This document shows, piece by piece, positions 21,666 through 32,669 of a stretch of DNA of 64,000 bases (within the stretch, counting starts at the first letter, position 1; each line of letters starts with the position of its first letter). This DNA is from an uncultured delta proteobacterium (GTDB lineage: Bacteria > Desulfobacterota > Binatia > UBA9968). The stretch spans positions 54,512-118,511 of the forward strand of contig CAVSLC010000021.1 in assembly GCA_963728565.1 (NCBI GenBank), read 5' to 3'. The notes beneath the pieces were generated by a model, which made no database searches, was not told where the DNA came from, and worked only from the letters and a program-made list of their open reading frames with translations. The position numbers were made by a program, and so were the translations under genes.

Positions 21666-22916
21666 ATGGCAAATGCCGAGATCGTGGCAATCGGTTCCGA
21701 GTTATTGCTCGGGCAGATCGTCGACACTAATTCGGCCTGGATGGCGCAGCGGCTGACTGCATTGGGAGTAAATTTGTATTTCACTTCGGTGGTCGGCGAT
21801 AACCCGGGCCGTATGCGCGAAGTAATCCAGCGGGCATTAGAACGAGCCGATATCGTTATTACCAGCGGCGGACTGGGGCCCACTCAAGATGACTTGACGA
21901 GAGAGATTGTCGCTGAGGTGACCGGCCGCAAACTCATTCTGGACGCCGGCTTGCTAGAACAGGTCGAGGAGCACTTCCGCCGCCGCGGTCGGACCATGAC
22001 ACCCAATAACCGGCGTCAGGGATACATGCCCGAGGGAGCGATTCCGGTAAAAAATCCCAACGGCACCGCGCCATCTTTTATCGTCGAAGATCCTCGCGGC
22101 GTTGTTTTTTCGCTTCCCGGAGTTCCCGTAGAACTTAAATGGTTGTTCGAGAACGAAGTCGAACCTTATCTGCGCAAGAAATTTAACCTGGCTGAAGTCA
22201 TTCATTATCGTGTGTTGAAGGTCGTCGGCATCGGCGAGAGCGCCGTGGACGATAAGATCGGCTATCTGATCGCGAACTCCAGCAATCCGACCGTCGGCGT
22301 TCTTGCCCTGCCGGGACAAGTCGATGTTCGGATTGCCGCCAAGGCCGCCAACAAAGATCAAGCGATGAACCTTATCGCGCCCGTAGAAGCCGAGGTGCAC
22401 GGGCTGTTGGGTAATGCGATCTTTGCCGCTGATCAAGAGACGATGGAGGATGTCGTCGGCAGGTTACTTCGTGCTCGTAACAAAACGGTCGCGGTTTATG
22501 AAGATCTCACCTGCGGCAATTTATCGGAACGCTTACAGGTCGCAAGCACGGAAAGCTTTGGCGCTGGGGTTATTTGCAACAGCGAGGTTGCAATCCGTAG
22601 CCTGTTGACGCACGGGCGCGATCCAGCACGAACAGATGCGTTGATCCAGGATCCGGCGGCGCTAACCGACGAGCTTGCCTGGTCCGTGCGGCACCAAGCA
22701 AAGTGTGATTTTGGCCTGGCGCTTCATGCAGTGACCGACCCCGACAGCACGGTGCAGAACCTTGCGCGCGGCCAGAGCTATATTGCCCTTACCGACGGCG
22801 ATAATTTCATCCGACGGTTGAGCACCTCAGCCGGTCGCGGACCATACGACCGCAGCCGCATGACTCTTAACGCCCTCGATCTGCTACGCACCGCGTTGCT
22901 CGAAGGGCTGGGTTAG
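21666..22916 (+). CDS. cinA: CinA-family protein (COG1058 domain plus degenerate PncC domain)
   Basis: IGSELLLGQIVDTN, VGDN, GGLGPTQDDLT, NPNGTAP, LPGVP. Confidence 0.9.
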   Translation: MANAEIVAIGSELLLGQIVDTNSAWMAQRLTALGVNLYFTSVVGDNPGRMREVIQRALERADIVITSGGLGPTQDDLTREIVAEVTGRKLILDAGLLEQVEEHFRRRGRTMTPNNRRQGYMPEGAIPVKNPNGTAPSFIVEDPRGVVFSLPGVPVELKWLFENEVEPYLRKKFNLAEVIHYRVLKVVGIGESAVDDKIGYLIANSSNPTVGVLALPGQVDVRIAAKAANKDQAMNLIAPVEAEVHGLLGNAIFAADQETMEDVVGRLLRARNKTVAVYEDLTCGNLSERLQVASTESFGAGVICNSEVAIRSLLTHGRDPARTDALIQDPAALTDELAWSVRHQAKCDFGLALHAVTDPDSTVQNLARGQSYIALTDGDNFIRRLSTSAGRGPYDRSRMTLNALDLLRTALLEGLG

Positions 22917-23029
22917 ACTGAGCACATCCCGATTGCTCCATCTGCTTTCGTAGCCTCTTCACAAACGCTCGGGGTCGAAAGCCGATCGGTCGAGTTTCAG
23001 TGGAACGCTCGGCGGTCAGCTCAGCCGTG

Positions 23030-24823
23030 TCATAAACCTTCAGCCACTAACATCTCCAAACGCGCTAAAGGTTCTTCGATTGTGTCAATTGCCTCAGCCC
23101 AGAATTGCGGCTGTTCTATATCCCGGCCGATTGTGTGTTGAACCAGGTTTTCTGCCGGCTCGGCGCCGGCCAGACGCAAGAACTCCTCATACTTCGGTAG
23201 AAATTTGCCCGGGTCTTTTTTGAACATCCGGTAAAGCGCGCGGCTGAGCAGATATCCGAAAGTGTAGGGGAAATTATAGAAGGTGATTCCCGTGATGTAG
23301 AAATGCAGCTTAGAGGCCCAAAAGTAGGGATCCTCCGCGCCAACCTCAAGCACGTCGCCAAAAATTTTTCGTTGAGTATCGACCATGAGTTCTTTTAAAC
23401 GCGAAACGCTCAGCGGGCCGTTGGCGCGCTCCTCATAGAACGCCTTTTCAAATTCGTAACGGACCGGAATGTCCAAAAGGTAAACTGCTCCGTGTCCCGT
23501 TTCGATATCCAAGATCAAAGCCTTCTGCGCTTGGCTTATGGCGGGATCGTCCAGAATGCCGTTCATCAGAACTTGCTCGCCAAAGGTGGATGCGGTTTCC
23601 GCCAAGGTCATCGGATATCCGCGACTATAAGGGCGCATGTCACGCATCATGGCGGCATGATAGGCATGCCCGGATTCATGCGCGAGAGTGAGCACATCGC
23701 CCAATGATTGATTGTAGGTCATAAAGATTCGAGACTCTTTGGTGAGCATCGAACTCGTGCAGAATCCTCCGGGACGCTTGCCGGTGCGGGGCTCCCAGTC
23801 CACCCAATTCTTTCCGATGACCTGCTGCTCGAAGAATTTCCCAAGGGCGGGATAAGCGCGCTCGAAGGATTTCCCGACCAGGGATGTAGCCCTCTCCCAG
23901 GAGAGCTTCTCTTGGCCTGGCAACTCGAGCGGAGCGCCGACATCGAACCAGGCAAGGCTTGGCCGCGCCAACAGCTTGGCCTTGAGACGGAGAATCTTTC
24001 GCGGCACCTCGAGCTTTGAGAATAACGCCTCAAACATGGCATCCAGCGTTTTGCGAGTGATTGAAGCCTGGAATAGGGCAATCTCGAGGAAGTGGTCGAC
24101 CTGCCGATAGCGGTTGAGCGTTAGCCGCGTGCCGGCAATCGCATTCAACGCCGCCGCAGCCATATCTTCGATGCCTCGCCAGGCCGCATTGCCGCCCTCG
24201 AAAGCCGCTTCGCGTACGCGACGATCAGGATCTTCCAGCAACGAGCGGCGCTGCGAAACCGGCAAGCGATGGCGCTTGCCGTCGGGAAACAGCATGTCAA
24301 ATTCCAACTTCGATGAAACGGTATCGTAAAGTCGGCCCCAGGCTTGAATGCCGTCAACTCCGAGGTCGGTGGCCAAAATCTCATTCTCCGGTGTCATGGC
24401 GCGCCGCGCTTCCTGGCGCATCCTGTTTAGGTAATTTCGCGCGCCGTCCAATGCCGGCCGCGCCGTGAATGCCGTGAATGTTTCATCCCCGGCTTCTTTA
24501 ATCGCCCGGAGAAATTCGACTCGCAGTTTGCTCAACTCGGCTCTCATTCCCACCAGTTCGGCTTCTTCTTTGAGGTAGGATTCGTTGCGCGCGTCCGAGG
24601 AAGCGAGGCAACTGATGTACGAGCCGAGATGCGACATGCGCTGGAGAATGTCTTCATTGCGCAGCAATACGCGCTCCCAACTGGCGGAGCTTTCAGTTGC
24701 CAACGGCGGCAGCGCGGCCGCTTCCGCTTTGAGCGAAGCGACATCGCTGGCCAGCCCTTGTTTGAACCGGCGCATTTCCGACCCATTGAATGCAGGAAAG
24801 TAGCTTGCAAGATCCCAGCTCAT
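23030..24823 (-). CDS. M3B oligoendopeptidase F
   Basis: WDL start, GKRPGGFC, TLAHESGHAYH (HExxH), AETASTFGE, FYNFPYTFG. Confidence 0.93.
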   Translation of the reverse strand: MSWDLASYFPAFNGSEMRRFKQGLASDVASLKAEAAALPPLATESSASWERVLLRNEDILQRMSHLGSYISCLASSDARNESYLKEEAELVGMRAELSKLRVEFLRAIKEAGDETFTAFTARPALDGARNYLNRMRQEARRAMTPENEILATDLGVDGIQAWGRLYDTVSSKLEFDMLFPDGKRHRLPVSQRRSLLEDPDRRVREAAFEGGNAAWRGIEDMAAAALNAIAGTRLTLNRYRQVDHFLEIALFQASITRKTLDAMFEALFSKLEVPRKILRLKAKLLARPSLAWFDVGAPLELPGQEKLSWERATSLVGKSFERAYPALGKFFEQQVIGKNWVDWEPRTGKRPGGFCTSSMLTKESRIFMTYNQSLGDVLTLAHESGHAYHAAMMRDMRPYSRGYPMTLAETASTFGEQVLMNGILDDPAISQAQKALILDIETGHGAVYLLDIPVRYEFEKAFYEERANGPLSVSRLKELMVDTQRKIFGDVLEVGAEDPYFWASKLHFYITGITFYNFPYTFGYLLSRALYRMFKKDPGKFLPKYEEFLRLAGAEPAENLVQHTIGRDIEQPQFWAEAIDTIEEPLARLEMLVAEGL

Positions 24824-25151
24824 AAGTTTTCACTCCGCTGCTGTGAAGTCGAATCCGAACACATCCCACGAATTGCTGCTCCGGTGCCGTAGAACCGCAG
24901 GCTCGACGACGTCGGTTCTTTTGCTGCGATTGCATTTCATGCCGAGGGAAGAAATCACAAAAGTTTCGACTGAACTCCGAACCGCAGACGCCGGCTGCGC
25001 TTTACAAGTAGCCTGGTCTAAACTTTACTCGACCATTGCAATCGTCCAATGAACCAGTGGCGCCAAAATTTCGCTAATCTTGAGGATTCGTCGGGAACCC
25101 GTGACAGAGCAGAGAGACCGTCTTCATCGACCGGCTGAAATGCTCGTTCTC

Positions 25152-26054
25152 TCAGAGACTTATCACCATGCCTTCGGCGGCAGCCGTTGTCGAAGTGAAG
25201 CGCCGTCGCGCTAATTGCAAGATCTGATCGATACAACCGTCATCATGGGTCGGTTCGTGATGAAACAACACAAGTCGTTTGACCCCGGCTTGTTGGGCAA
25301 CCACGGTCGCCGATTCAACCGTGCTGTGTCCCCACCCTTTGCGTGGATTTGCCGCCGATGTGTATTCCGACTCTAAGTATTGTGCGTCATGTATCAACAA
25401 GTCGGCATCGCGCGCGAACTCGATGACGTCTGGATGACCGCCCGCTGTTTCCTCTAAATCTGTAGCGTAAACCAAACTTTTGCCTTGGAAAAAAACTCGA
25501 TACAAAATTACGCCGTTGGGATGGGCGGGACTGTTATGGCTAAGAATGATTGGGCGCTGGTTATTGTCGGCCCTGTGACTAACGGCTTTGGTTATTCGTG
25601 GGGCCTGCCGGTTGTCGCGCAATTCGATATTCTCGCCGCCAACCAGCGACCAAATTGATTTTTTGGCATTAAGCCTGTCGAGCCCGATTGGAAAAAGCGC
25701 AGGCTCCATCGCCGCGCGCAAAGTTTCAGCCAAGGATCGTTTTCCCGAACCCGGCCCGAAAATGTTAATCCGGTTTCGTTTATCAAATAGCGGATCAAAA
25801 AAATAAAAGCCCGAGAGGTGGTCGTGATGTGTGTGGCTCAGAAAGAGATTCAAGCTTATCGGACTCTCGTGGTTTTTGACAAGCTCCTTACCGAGTCCGA
25901 TGATGCCGGTGCCGGCATCGAAAATGATCTGGTGCTTTCCCGCAATCACCTCGACACAAGAGGTGTTGCCGCCGTATTTCAGCGCATCGCGATGCGAAAC
26001 CGCATAACTGCCTCGCACTCCCCAAAATTTGAGAGAGAAATTGCTTTGCGCCAC
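25152..26054 (-). CDS. MBL-fold metallo-hydrolase
   Basis: FWGVRGS, YGGNTSC, DAGTG, HTHHDH, HDAQY, GWGHS, LFHHEP. Confidence 0.92.
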   Translation of the reverse strand: MAQSNFSLKFWGVRGSYAVSHRDALKYGGNTSCVEVIAGKHQIIFDAGTGIIGLGKELVKNHESPISLNLFLSHTHHDHLSGFYFFDPLFDKRNRINIFGPGSGKRSLAETLRAAMEPALFPIGLDRLNAKKSIWSLVGGENIELRDNRQAPRITKAVSHRADNNQRPIILSHNSPAHPNGVILYRVFFQGKSLVYATDLEETAGGHPDVIEFARDADLLIHDAQYLESEYTSAANPRKGWGHSTVESATVVAQQAGVKRLVLFHHEPTHDDGCIDQILQLARRRFTSTTAAAEGMVISL

Positions 26055-26454
26055 TAGAGTTCACACCCGCTGCGCTCTTGATTGGTTGCCGTTGCCACTG
26101 AATGTTCTCTAGAAGTGGCTGAGATAATTTTATTATGCGCCATTGAAAAGGGCTCAGACGCCAGGCGCGCGGAGAATTGCCGAGCTGAGGCGTAGTTGTT
26201 TAGCAGGTTGAGGCGAGCCGTTTGAGCGCAAGCAAGCATATGAAGCTGTTCCAGCATCCTGTAAAATGTACCTTAAGCAACCCTATTGTGACAAACGGCG
26301 GCGGATCTTCGAGCGTTGATTACGTCGTTAACGTTAACTCTAAGCGACCTAAAGTCACGGCTGAGGCTGGTTTAGTGCGCGGCGGTGCTTTATGGTGGCT
26401 GGCAGAGCTGTGCTTGGCAGCTAATATTTCCCGTTAAACATAAGGAGAGAGCCT

Positions 26455-27393
26455 TGGTTCAGCGACTTCAAGCAAGCGACGGTCCGGACATCTTTCTTGA
26501 GGCGCCGCCGGCGCCAAGGCATAGGTTCCGGTCATTTATATTCGCTGCTCTTTTTCTAGTTGTCCTTGCATGGGCTTTTCAGGGCGCGAAGATCAGAGTG
26601 GGAGAATTGCTCGAAGGCATTCCGCAGATTGCCCAGACTCTTGCGCGCATGTTACCTCCCGACTTTTCTAAACTGACGGATGCAAACTATTATTTTTTCC
26701 CGGCGAGAATTATCATGGCGCGAGCTCTTGCTGCCGGTGCCATTGTCCGAGGCGACCGCGCGTATCAAGCAGCGCTGGTGGAACAACATATTTCCGCAAA
26801 CCGTGGTTGGGGCAACTTTGGAGACCGTGCAAATGGCGTTGGCGGGGACGTTCACGGCGTTGATTGTGGCGTTTCCGTTGGGATTTCTCGCAGCGCGCAA
26901 TACCACGCCGCATCCACTGGTTTACCATAGTGTTCGCACTGTTTTGAATCTGCTGCGCACTGTGCCCGATCTGGCGCTGGGTCTCTTGTTCGTCGCCGCG
27001 GTGGGTCTAGGCGCTTTTGCCGGAACCCTGGCGTTGGCGATTCACACGGCCACCGTTCTGGGTAAACTGTTGTCGGAGTCCGTGGAGAATATCGATGAGG
27101 GCGTGGTCGAGGCAATTCGCGCCACCGGCGCCGGCTACACCCAGATACTTTCCTTTGCCGTTTTACCGCAGATCCTGCCGGATTTGATCTCGTTTACACT
27201 GTACCGTCTGGAGACCAACATCCGAGCGGCCTCCGTGCTTGGTTTGATCGGCGCCGGCGGCATTGGCTACTTGATGAACACTAGCTTTCGCACCTTTCAA
27301 TACCAGGAAGCGGCCGCCATCGTGCTTGTTCTGATTGCTCTCGTTATGCTAGTGGATTACCTCAGCTCGCGTCTAAGAACCCTGGTGGTGTAG
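26455..27393 (+). CDS. phnE: Phosphonate ABC transporter permease PhnE (single frameshift near 26,700)
   Basis: N-part (RMLPPDFS) in ORF 26385; C-part in ORF 26680 with LETVQMA, AARN, EAIRATGA, ETNIRAASVLGLIGAGGIG. Confidence 0.85.
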
Positions 27394-27415
27394 CACTCAG
27401 AAGGAAAGCTAACAG

Positions 27416-29665
27416 ATGAATTTGAAAGTTGTCGGTCGCCCGATCAGCCGCGTTGACGGATCCGATAAGGTCAGCGGCAACACGGTCTATACCGCCGATG
27501 TGCAGCTGCCCGGCATGTTGTGGGGGAAATGTTTGCGCAGCCCCTATGCTCATGCCCGCATCGTTTCCATCAACACGGAACCGGCGAAAAAGATTAAAGG
27601 TGTGCGCGCCGTTCTGACCGGTAAGGATCTCCCGGATAAGCGAGTCGGACTGAGCCTGCAAGACACGCCGCTCCTAGCGATCGGCAAGGTGCGGTTTATC
27701 GGCGAGAAAGTTGTCGCGGTGGCCGCCGAAGATCGCGATGCTGCCGAAGAGGCTCTCTCGGTCATAGAAGTCGAGTACGAAGAACTGCCGGCTGTGTTCG
27801 ATGCGCGTCAGGCAATGAGCAGCGCTGCGCCGCTGGTACATGAGGAATTGGCGACATACGCCGGTTTCAAAGCGCCGGGCGATGAAATTCCCAACGTCTT
27901 TGCCATGCAGAAATGGACCGCTGGAGATATCGCAGCAGGCTTCGATGAAGCGGATCTAGTCGTCGAGCATACTTTTAGAACCTCAGTTGCGCATCAAGCC
28001 TATATCGAACCGCACTCCGCGATCGTGGCCGTGGATAGCTCGGAGCGTGTCGATATCTGGGCGTCGTGCAAGGCGCCGTTCCGAGTGAAATCACATCTGT
28101 CGCGCCAGTTGGAGATCCCCAAAGAGCAGATTCGCGTCCATGTCGTTGCCGTTGGCGGGGATTTCGGCGGCAAGGGCGCCTTGATGGATATCCCCATTTG
28201 TTACGAGCTCGCCAAGGCGACTCGAACACCGGTGAAAATGGTCATGACCTATGCGGAAGAGCTAGTCGCCGGCGATCCACGCCATTCCTCGATGATCAAG
28301 ATCAAAAGCGGGGTCAAGAAAGACGGTACTCTCACAGCACGTGAAACCGAAGTAATCTTCGACAGCGGCGCGTATGCATCGTTTAAGCCCGGAGATCCGC
28401 CGAATCTCGGCGGGGCAACCTTTACCAATGGTGTCTACCATATCCCACATTACTCAATCCGGTCCTATGGCGTTTACACCAATTCTGTGCCGTGCGGCTA
28501 TTATCGCGCTCCCGGCCAACCCCAGGCGGTGTTTGCAGCCGAATCTCATATGGATCTGATCGCCCAAGAGTTGCGGATGGACCCGCTCGAAATACGGCTA
28601 AAAAATCTCCTGCGCGACGGTGAGAAGTTAGCCGGCGGCCGAGCAGTGGATAAGGTGCGGGTGCGCGAAACTTTGCTTGCGGCGGCGCGCAAGGCCGGTT
28701 GGGGGAAAAAGAACGGCAACAATACCGGTCTCGGGATCGGCGTCTCGTTCCGGCATGTCGGCGGCTCCGGTAAAGCGAGCGCGGAGCTTTCTCTGTCCGC
28801 TGACGGTAAACTCAAGATCTTAACCGCGGTGCCGGATATCGGCACTGGAACGCATACCTTGCTGCGGCAAATCGCTGCGGAGGTTCTGACAGTTCCGATC
28901 GAGCTGATTTGGACCGAAATCGGCGACACCGAAAGCTTTGAAAGCGACGCCGCTCCTGGAGGCAGCAAGATTACCAACATGAGCGGCCATGTGGTGCTGC
29001 AGGCGGCGGAACAGCTGCGCCGGCGATTGAATCCTGTTGCCGCATCACTTCTCGGTTGCGCTGTGGCCGACGTAGTTCTGCGGAACGGCCGCTTCAGCAG
29101 CGCTTTGAATAAAAAGCGATGGATCGAATTTGGCGCCGTGGCGCAGGAAGCAACCAAGCCAAACGGGGAGCTGCGCATTCGTGAAACCTTCGAGGTAAAA
29201 GGCCGCTCACCGGTGCCGGCTTTTGTGGTGCAGATCGCCGAAGTCCAAGTCGATATCGAAACTGGCCAGCTGCGGGTAAAACGGATCGTTACGGCACACG
29301 ATGTCGGCACAGTGATTAATCCCGTGGCGCATCAAGGCCAGATCGAAGGCGGTTTGGTTCAGGGATTGGGTTACGCCACTCTCGAGGAGGTGATGACCGA
29401 GAACGGCAAAGTTCTCACGACCAATTTAGGCGACTACCGCATTCCGTGCCCGCGGGATTTGCCGGATTTAGAAACGGTGCTCATCGAGGATCCAACGGGC
29501 TCAGGTCCATTTGCCGCCAAGCAGATTGGCGAGAACGGGATTATCGCCACGGCTCCGGCGATCGCCAACGCGATCGCGGCTGCCGTGGGCGTGAGGCTGT
29601 TTGATATTCCTCTCACTGCAGAGAAAATCTACCGGGCTTTGAAACCGTCCACGCCTGCCGCATAG
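27416..29665 (+). CDS. Xanthine dehydrogenase/CoxL-family molybdopterin-binding subunit
   Basis: LRSPYAHARI, HQAYIEPH, VGGDFGGKG, YRAPG, GQIEGG..QGLG, GPFAAKQIGE. Confidence 0.93.
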   Translation: MNLKVVGRPISRVDGSDKVSGNTVYTADVQLPGMLWGKCLRSPYAHARIVSINTEPAKKIKGVRAVLTGKDLPDKRVGLSLQDTPLLAIGKVRFIGEKVVAVAAEDRDAAEEALSVIEVEYEELPAVFDARQAMSSAAPLVHEELATYAGFKAPGDEIPNVFAMQKWTAGDIAAGFDEADLVVEHTFRTSVAHQAYIEPHSAIVAVDSSERVDIWASCKAPFRVKSHLSRQLEIPKEQIRVHVVAVGGDFGGKGALMDIPICYELAKATRTPVKMVMTYAEELVAGDPRHSSMIKIKSGVKKDGTLTARETEVIFDSGAYASFKPGDPPNLGGATFTNGVYHIPHYSIRSYGVYTNSVPCGYYRAPGQPQAVFAAESHMDLIAQELRMDPLEIRLKNLLRDGEKLAGGRAVDKVRVRETLLAAARKAGWGKKNGNNTGLGIGVSFRHVGGSGKASAELSLSADGKLKILTAVPDIGTGTHTLLRQIAAEVLTVPIELIWTEIGDTESFESDAAPGGSKITNMSGHVVLQAAEQLRRRLNPVAASLLGCAVADVVLRNGRFSSALNKKRWIEFGAVAQEATKPNGELRIRETFEVKGRSPVPAFVVQIAEVQVDIETGQLRVKRIVTAHDVGTVINPVAHQGQIEGGLVQGLGYATLEEVMTENGKVLTTNLGDYRIPCPRDLPDLETVLIEDPTGSGPFAAKQIGENGIIATAPAIANAIAAAVGVRLFDIPLTAEKIYRALKPSTPAA

Positions 29666-29769
29666 TCGCTGCTAGCACGGTCGATAGTAAAGCATCGTAA
29701 TCCTCGTAAACTGATGAGACAAATTTTTGCGCAGCGGGAAATAAGTTCATTTCGGGAGAAGCAACTTCG

Positions 29770-30621
29770 ATGATTCGTGCCGTAGGATTAGTGGCAAAAT
29801 ATCACGAGCCCAAGGCCACGGAGATGGCCCGTTGGCTAGTCCCGTGGTTAAAAAAACGAGGTCTGAAAGTTTACGTGGAAAATGGCATTTCCCGTAGCGG
29901 CGGTATTTCTTCGAGCAAGAAAGAGATGGCGGCCAGAGCTGATCTGATTATTTCCTTGGGCGGCGACGGGACGTTGCTCAATATCGCGCCGTTGGTCGAA
30001 AGGCCGGATGTGCCGATTCTCGGGGTCAATCTAGGCGGTCTCGGGTTCATCACCGAAGTTGCAGCCGATGAATTGGAGTCGGTTCTGACGCAGACGTTGG
30101 AGGGTGAATACCAAACAGAGCAGCGCATGACTTTGGAAGTTCAGGTCCAAAGTAAAAACGGAAAAGCTCATCGCTTTCGCGTTTTAAATGACGCGGTGAT
30201 CACCAAAGGAGCGCGCAGCCGCATCATTAATCTGGAAACCTATGTCGATGGCGAATATTTATGTAACTACCGGGCTGACGGGTTGATTATTTCGACGCCC
30301 ACGGGTTCGACCGCTTATTCCCTCGCGGCCGGGGGGCCGATTTTGGCGCCGGCGCTCAGCGCCATCATCCTGACTCCTCTGTGTCCTCACACTTTGACCA
30401 ATCGACCGATCGTGGTGCCTGGTGTGGCCGGAATACAGGTTACGCTTCGCTCTTTTGGCGATACCGTTTTCTTGAGTCCCGACGGACAACAGGGCGTTCG
30501 GCTCGAGAACGGCGACAAAGTCGAGGCACGCGACTACGGCCTGCCGGTATCCTTGATAAAGTTGCCGAGCCGCAGTTACTATGAAATTTTGCGCGAGAAA
30601 CTGAAATGGGGGGAACGTTAA
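29770..30621 (+). CDS. nadK: NAD kinase
   Basis: GGDGT, LNDAV, DGLIISTPTGSTAYSL.AGG, CPHTL.NRP. Confidence 0.97.
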   Translation: MIRAVGLVAKYHEPKATEMARWLVPWLKKRGLKVYVENGISRSGGISSSKKEMAARADLIISLGGDGTLLNIAPLVERPDVPILGVNLGGLGFITEVAADELESVLTQTLEGEYQTEQRMTLEVQVQSKNGKAHRFRVLNDAVITKGARSRIINLETYVDGEYLCNYRADGLIISTPTGSTAYSLAAGGPILAPALSAIILTPLCPHTLTNRPIVVPGVAGIQVTLRSFGDTVFLSPDGQQGVRLENGDKVEARDYGLPVSLIKLPSRSYYEILREKLKWGER

Positions 30622-30628
30622 GCGGGTC

Positions 30629-32338
30629 ATGCTGCGCGAACTCCGGATTAAGAATTTTGCCATCATCGACGAAGTCGTTCTTCAACTTGGCCAGGGCCTC
30701 AACATCATTACCGGCGAAACTGGGGCAGGCAAATCGATTATCCTTAGCGCATTGGGACTTATTTCCGGGGAGCGCGGCAGTTCGGAGATTATCAGACACA
30801 AAGAAGAGGAGGCCACAGTCGAAGCTTTATTCGAAACCGTCCCGCCGGCACTCAGCGCTGACTTAAGCGAAGCCGGTTTCGAGGTCGAAGGCGAACTGAT
30901 CCTCAAGCGCATTCTTAACCGTTCGGGTAAAAACCGAATTTATTTAAACGGCAGTCTCTGTCCATTAGGCTTGCTCTCGCAGGTGGGCGCTTCTCTCGTG
31001 CACATCTACGGCCAGCACGAGCACCATACCTTGCTGCAGTCGGAAACCCACTTAAACCTGCTCGACGCTTTCGCTGATCTCGATGGCAAGGCGAGATCCA
31101 TGAAGCAGTGCTTCGAACGCTTATCCCACGCCTGGAGCAGTCTGAATGACACCCGTCGGGCTTTGGAACAGCAGCGCCGGGAGAAAGCGCTCTTAGAAGC
31201 TCAGGCTGAAGAGATTGCCAAATCCGGCTTGAAGCCCGGTGAAGAAGAGGAACTGCGCTCGAGCAGAAATATTCTGGCGCACTCGGAAAGGCTCTTCCAG
31301 GGTTGTCGTGAAGGCGAGGAGATCCTTTACGAAGGGGAGTCCGCGCTCGTCGGCCGTTTGGGAAAATACGTTGGCAAGGCGCGCGAGTTGGCGGCCATTG
31401 ATCAGGAATTGACCCCTACGTTTGAATTACTTGAATCTTCATTGGCGCAACTGCAAGAGGCGGCGTTACAACTGGGGCGTTATGCCGATCGAATTCATTT
31501 TGATCCGCGCGCGCTGGAGCAACTGGATGACCGTCTAGCCGAGATTCAGCGTCTCAAACGTAAGTACAACGGCGATATCGAAGAGATTCTGCGTCTACAA
31601 ACCGGGATTCAGGTCACCTTGGATAATCTGCAGCAAGGCGAAGCACAGATCCTGAGCCTTGAAAAATCTTTCGAGGAGGCGCGTCAAGCCGCGTGGGACA
31701 CGGCGGAGAAACTCTCCGGTGATAGGCAGCGCGCAGCCAAGAAATTAAAGCGGGAATTGGAAAAGGAAATACGCGGGCTGGGAATGCCTGACACGGTATT
31801 CGAGGTGCGCTTCAGACGCCAGGATGAGGAAAACGATAGTCCGCCGTTTTTCATTGCCGGTAAAAAACTTACCGAACGCGGGATGGATCAGGTTGAGTTT
31901 TACTTCTCGCCCAATCCCGGAGAACCGGTGAAACCTTTGGCCAAGATTGCTTCCGGCGGCGAACTCTCCCGGCTTATGCTGGCGATCAAGGCCCTAGTGC
32001 TCACCCCGGGTGTCGTTTCGACCCTTCTCTTCGACGAAGTCGATAGCGGAATCGGCGGCAGGGTCGCCGAGATCGTCGGGAAAAAGCTCAAGCAAGTGGC
32101 CGCTTTGCATCAAGTCATCAGCGTGACTCACCTGCCTCAGATCGCCGCGATGGCGGACTCGCATTATGTCGTGCGCAAAGAAGTTGATAACGGGCGAACC
32201 TTCACTCGGGTCGAGCGCCTGTCGGAAGCGGAGAGAGTCTCGGAGGTGGCGCGCATGCTGGGAGGCGTCAAAATTACCGAACGAACCCTGCGTCACGCCG
32301 AAGAATTGATCGAGGCGACGCTAAAGACCAGATCATAA
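30629..32338 (+). CDS. recN: DNA repair protein RecN
   Basis: GETGAGKS, IYGQHEH, ASGGELSR, FDEVD.GIGG, VTHLPQ; follows nadK. Confidence 0.98.
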   Translation: MLRELRIKNFAIIDEVVLQLGQGLNIITGETGAGKSIILSALGLISGERGSSEIIRHKEEEATVEALFETVPPALSADLSEAGFEVEGELILKRILNRSGKNRIYLNGSLCPLGLLSQVGASLVHIYGQHEHHTLLQSETHLNLLDAFADLDGKARSMKQCFERLSHAWSSLNDTRRALEQQRREKALLEAQAEEIAKSGLKPGEEEELRSSRNILAHSERLFQGCREGEEILYEGESALVGRLGKYVGKARELAAIDQELTPTFELLESSLAQLQEAALQLGRYADRIHFDPRALEQLDDRLAEIQRLKRKYNGDIEEILRLQTGIQVTLDNLQQGEAQILSLEKSFEEARQAAWDTAEKLSGDRQRAAKKLKRELEKEIRGLGMPDTVFEVRFRRQDEENDSPPFFIAGKKLTERGMDQVEFYFSPNPGEPVKPLAKIASGGELSRLMLAIKALVLTPGVVSTLLFDEVDSGIGGRVAEIVGKKLKQVAALHQVISVTHLPQIAAMADSHYVVRKEVDNGRTFTRVERLSEAERVSEVARMLGGVKITERTLRHAEELIEATLKTRS

Positions 32339-32484
32339 AAAGCTCGACGAAAAAGTCCTATCTTGGAGTCGAGAAGGTTGTGAATTGCTGATTTGACTTT
32401 TGCAAATCGTTTATCGATATTACGGAGGTATCAGGGTGATCGCAGCAGAAATGCTTCGCCCTTTCCGCCTTTCATTCTTCTCGT

Positions 32485-32560
<76 letters not shown>

Positions 32561-32669
32561 TAAAATCAATAACTTGCATGCCATTTTAAATTTCCGCCGC
32601 TTTCAAATGGTCCGGGTTCTCTCATTGATTGGCCTTAACGCCACCATTTCTCCGTAGTTTGATCCCCAA

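Noticed and set aside
26320-26360. GTTAACGTTAAC palindrome as a Pho box upstream of phnE
   Set aside because: It does not show a convincing 11-bp direct-repeat pattern; too weak to call.
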